Below are positions 36,894-39,726 of a stretch of 39,726 nt of DNA, one piece after another. The first letter of the stretch is position 1. Each line of letters starts with the position of its first letter. The position numbers were made by a program, and so were the translations under genes. The notes below the pieces were generated by a model that did no database searches, was not told the origin of the DNA, and was given only the letters and a program-made list of their open reading frames with translations. Source of the stretch: a virus (lineage: Duplodnaviria; Caudoviricetes); the IMG/VR virus record IMGVR_UViG_3300037631_003301, positions 1 through 39,726 of that record. The stretch is one strand, 5' to 3'.

Positions 36894-39726
36894 ATGGCAA
36901 AAACAACAGTACCAGGATTATACATAGCAGATGGCGCAATAACAGCAGCCAAGCTTAGTAGCACCCTCGATTTATCAGGAGTTACTATTACTGTTGCAAC
37001 AGCCAGTACAGGAGATAATGATACTACAGTAGCTTCTACAGCTTTTGTACAGCAAGAAATAGCTGCTCTTGTAGATAGTTCTCCAAGCGCACTCAATACA
37101 CTCAATGAATTAGCTGCAGCGATCGGAGATGACGCAAGTTTTAGCACTACTGTAACAAATAGTATTGCTACTAAACTACCTTTAGCGGGGGGTACTCTTA
37201 CTGGTAATCTAATAATTAATACTACAGGGTCTATACAGATACCAGTAGGTACAACGGCACAAAGACCAACAGCCGCACAAGGACAACTAAGATTTAATAC
37301 TACTACAAGTAAGCCAGAAATATACAGTGGCTCAGCTTGGACAGATGTAGGTGGCGGTGTAGAATCCGTAAATAGTGCAACTGGAGTAGTTGTTCTAACA
37401 ACAGCAAACATTACAGAGAACACAAACTTATATTACACAGACGCAAGAGCAGACGCCCGTATCGCAGCAGCAGACACCGATGATCTAAGCGAAGGCTCAA
37501 CTAATTTATACTTTACTACTGCGAGAGCAAACTCCGCATTTGATGGCAGACTTTCAGGAAGCACTGGAGTTACTGTATCAAATGGAGCAGTTTCTATTGG
37601 ACAAGATGTTGCAACGTCTACAAGTCCTACTTTCCAGAACTTAACACTAAGCGGCACAGATTCAATTAAAGTTCCTTCAGGTACTACAGCACAAAGAAGT
37701 GGCTCACCTGCAAATGGAATGTTAAGATATAATTCTAGCACTAACGAATTTGAAGGATATGCAGACAGTGCCTGGGGTGCAATCGGTGGAGACACAACTT
37801 CCAGCGTAGACTTATATACAGCAACTGGGAATGGTAGTACTGCTACTTATGACACAGGTAAGAACCCACAGTCAGAAAACAATACATGGGTATTTGTGGG
37901 TGGAGTATACCAACCAAAATCAACATATAGTTTCAGTGGTACACAAATTACACTTTCAGAAAATTTACCAAATGGGGAAGATCTAGAGGTAATCACTGGA
38001 ACGGTTTCAACATACAATCCAACGGATGCTATCTTGGGTCAGTATAACACAACTACATCAAATACCGCGTCCTATGACACAAGTTTGACGACTGAAAATG
38101 AAAATAATGTTTTCGTTTTTGTTGATGGAGTATATCAGCCAAAATCTTCATATACTTATAGCGGAAGTACTTTGACTTTAGATGCAGTTCCTACATCAGG
38201 AATGGCACTAGAAGTATTGGTTACACGTTCAATGAATGCGGCAACAGTAACAACGGGCTTTCTTGCAGACGATGCTGTAACGACAGTAAAGATATTAGAT
38301 GCCAATGTAACTGCGGGCAAACTTGCTTCGTCTTTAGACTTGACTGGAAAAACAGTAACAGTTGCAACAGCGAGTACAGGAGACAATGATACTTCTGTAG
38401 CTTCGACTGCATTTGTACGACAAGAAATAACGGCTTTAGTCGATAGCGCACCCGCTGCAATGGACACATTAAATGAATTAGCAGCAGCTTTAGGCGATGA
38501 CGCTAACTTTAGTACTACTGTAAATGCAAGTATAGCTGCAAAATTACCTTTAGCTGGCGGAACGATGACTGGTGATTTAATATTAGGAGATAATGTTAAA
38601 TTAGAAATTGGCTCAGCTTCAGGCGGCGATTTACAGATTTATCATGATGGTACTAACAGCTTTATTAAAGATACAGCTGCTAATTTGGTTTTAAATACTG
38701 ATTCTTTATTAGTATCTAATGCAGCAAATACAGAAAATATAATAGTTGCACAGGGTGATGGTGCTGTTACCTTATATCATAATAATTTAGCTAAAATAGC
38801 CACAACCTCAACAGGCATAGACGTAACAGGTACAGCCACAATGGATGGGTTGACTGTTGATGGTTATATTCAGTTTACTGATTCAGGCTCAAGTAATCGT
38901 AATGTTTTATATTTAGATGGTTCAAACAATGTAGTTTTAGCGACTGGAACTACAGCAGGAGCAAGAGGAATAGATTTATATACCAATAATAGCAAAAGTC
39001 TTTCTGTTGCCGAGGGCGGAGACATCTCCTTCTACGAAGACACAGGCTCAACAGCTAAGTTCTTTTGGGATGCAAGTGCTGAACGATTGGGTATTGGAAC
39101 TACTAGTCCTAATGGTAAGCTAACTATTTCAAATAGTAGTGCTGAAGGATTTGAATTTAGCCCAGGGGTTACTAATTTTGGTGTTGCAAATACAAACTAT
39201 ATTGCTTCATACGATAGAAATGCAAGTACCTATAGAGATATATCTTTTGATGTTGGTGGTACAGCAGGAACCGCTATAAGATTTAAAGCAGGAGGCTCGG
39301 TTGGTATTGGAACTAGTAATCCTGAAAGTAAATTAGCTGTTAAAGGAAGTTCAGGAAACGCAGATTTATTTAGTATAAGTGATATTACAGTGCCGACTAG
39401 TGGTGTTGAATATGGCACAGCTATGATTAAAACAAACTCTACTGAATATGCTTTAAATATTACAAGTTATAATGCAAATGGTAAAGGTCTAAGAATCTAC
39501 AACAATGGTGGACAAAATGCTTTTCTAATCAGTCAAGCAGGTGGAGATAGGTTTGTTGTAGATGGTTCAGGCAATGTTGGTATCGGAGAGGACGACCCGC
39601 AAACAAAATTACATGTATTTGGTACTGACCCAGTAGTAAGAATTTCTGACGATAGTACAAGTGGTTTTCCTACTTTAGAACTAAGACAACAAAATACAAA
39701 TACTGAAGGTTCAGAACTGATGTACG
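36894..39726 (+). CDS. Long tail fibre protein, 3'-truncated
   Basis: Absent from the ORF track because it has no stop in the window. Starts MAKTTVPGLYIADGAITAAKL; TLNELAAA.GDD twice, P.GTTAQR twice, NLY[YF]T.ARA twice, DLQIYHDG, GDISFYEDTG, GIGT..P repeats. Frame open wherever I checked. Confidence 0.88.
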   Translation, partial: MAKTTVPGLYIADGAITAAKLSSTLDLSGVTITVATASTGDNDTTVASTAFVQQEIAALVDSSPSALNTLNELAAAIGDDASFSTTVTNSIATKLPLAGGTLTGNLIINTTGSIQIPVGTTAQRPTAAQGQLRFNTTTSKPEIYSGSAWTDVGGGVESVNSATGVVVLTTANITENTNLYYTDARADARIAAADTDDLSEGSTNLYFTTARANSAFDGRLSGSTGVTVSNGAVSIGQDVATSTSPTFQNLTLSGTDSIKVPSGTTAQRSGSPANGMLRYNSSTNEFEGYADSAWGAIGGDTTSSVDLYTATGNGSTATYDTGKNPQSENNTWVFVGGVYQPKSTYSFSGTQITLSENLPNGEDLEVITGTVSTYNPTDAILGQYNTTTSNTASYDTSLTTENENNVFVFVDGVYQPKSSYTYSGSTLTLDAVPTSGMALEVLVTRSMNAATVTTGFLADDAVTTVKILDANVTAGKLASSLDLTGKTVTVATASTGDNDTSVASTAFVRQEITALVDSAPAAMDTLNELAAALGDDANFSTTVNASIAAKLPLAGGTMTGDLILGDNVKLEIGSASGGDLQIYHDGTNSFIKDTAANLVLNTDSLLVSNAANTENIIVAQGDGAVTLYHNNLAKIATTSTGIDVTGTATMDGLTVDGYIQFTDSGSSNRNVLYLDGSNNVVLATGTTAGARGIDLYTNNSKSLSVAEGGDISFYEDTGSTAKFFWDASAERLGIGTTSPNGKLTISNSSAEGFEFSPGVTNFGVANTNYIASYDRNASTYRDISFDVGGTAGTAIRFKAGGSVGIGTSNPESKLAVKGSSGNADLFSISDITVPTSGVEYGTAMIKTNSTEYALNITSYNANGKGLRIYNNGGQNAFLISQAGGDRFVVDGSGNVGIGEDDPQTKLHVFGTDPVVRISDDSTSGFPTLELRQQNTNTEGSELMY

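Larger units (their letters stand above)
1..39726 (+). mobile_element. T5-like siphovirus genome segment (DNA packaging, head, tail and fibre modules)
   Basis: Co-directional, tightly packed genes with many TAATG/ATGA overlaps. Gene order and recognisable TerL, nickase, portal, capsid and tail proteins match the T5 late region. No integrase or host genes seen. Confidence 0.93.

Noticed and set aside
269-39418. Numerous minus-strand ORFs in the track (e.g. 8117-8698, 13489-14091, 36830-37423)
   Set aside because: They lie opposite well-supported + strand genes, have no recognisable motifs, and look like antisense shadows of biased codon usage.
31041-39726. Diversity-generating retroelement acting on the fibres
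   Set aside because: Mtd-like N-termini are present, but I saw no reverse transcriptase and no template/variable repeat pair differing only at adenines. One could lie outside the window.
1-39726. CRISPR array, tRNA/rRNA genes, integrase, stop-codon recoding
   Set aside because: All repeats are in-frame coding repeats, intergenic gaps are very short with no tRNA-like sequence seen, and TAA, TAG and TGA all end genes at sensible boundaries.

Overview
AT-rich segment of a tailed-phage genome, with all credible genes on the + strand. It holds nearly the whole virion morphogenesis region of a divergent T5-like (Demerecviridae-related) siphovirus. Gene order follows T5: large terminase, HNH nicking endonuclease, portal, prohead protease/major capsid, head and tail completion proteins, tail terminator, tail tube, baseplate tube, tail chaperones, tape measure, distal tail, hub/central fibre, collar and long fibres. 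The last fibre gene runs off the window. Departures from T5 that deserve attention: (1) a cluster of tiny, extremely Lys/Arg-rich genes with poly-basic C-terminal tails upstream of the terminase, some resembling giant-virus families, interleaved with short non-basic ORFs; (2) a protease-capsid fusion that keeps an internal ribosome-binding site; (3) a candidate +1 (UUU_CGC) tail-chaperone frameshift; (4) three tail-tip paralogs sharing an 'RRVLLGK' N-terminal module; (5) a stand-alone Hint-like domain lacking its catalytic residues; (6) fibre genes paired by a C-terminal DGGxF motif and an N-terminal 'IKxKRS' domain; (7) two near-identical promoters 27 kb apart. All family assignments come from motif recognition and gene order, not from database searches.
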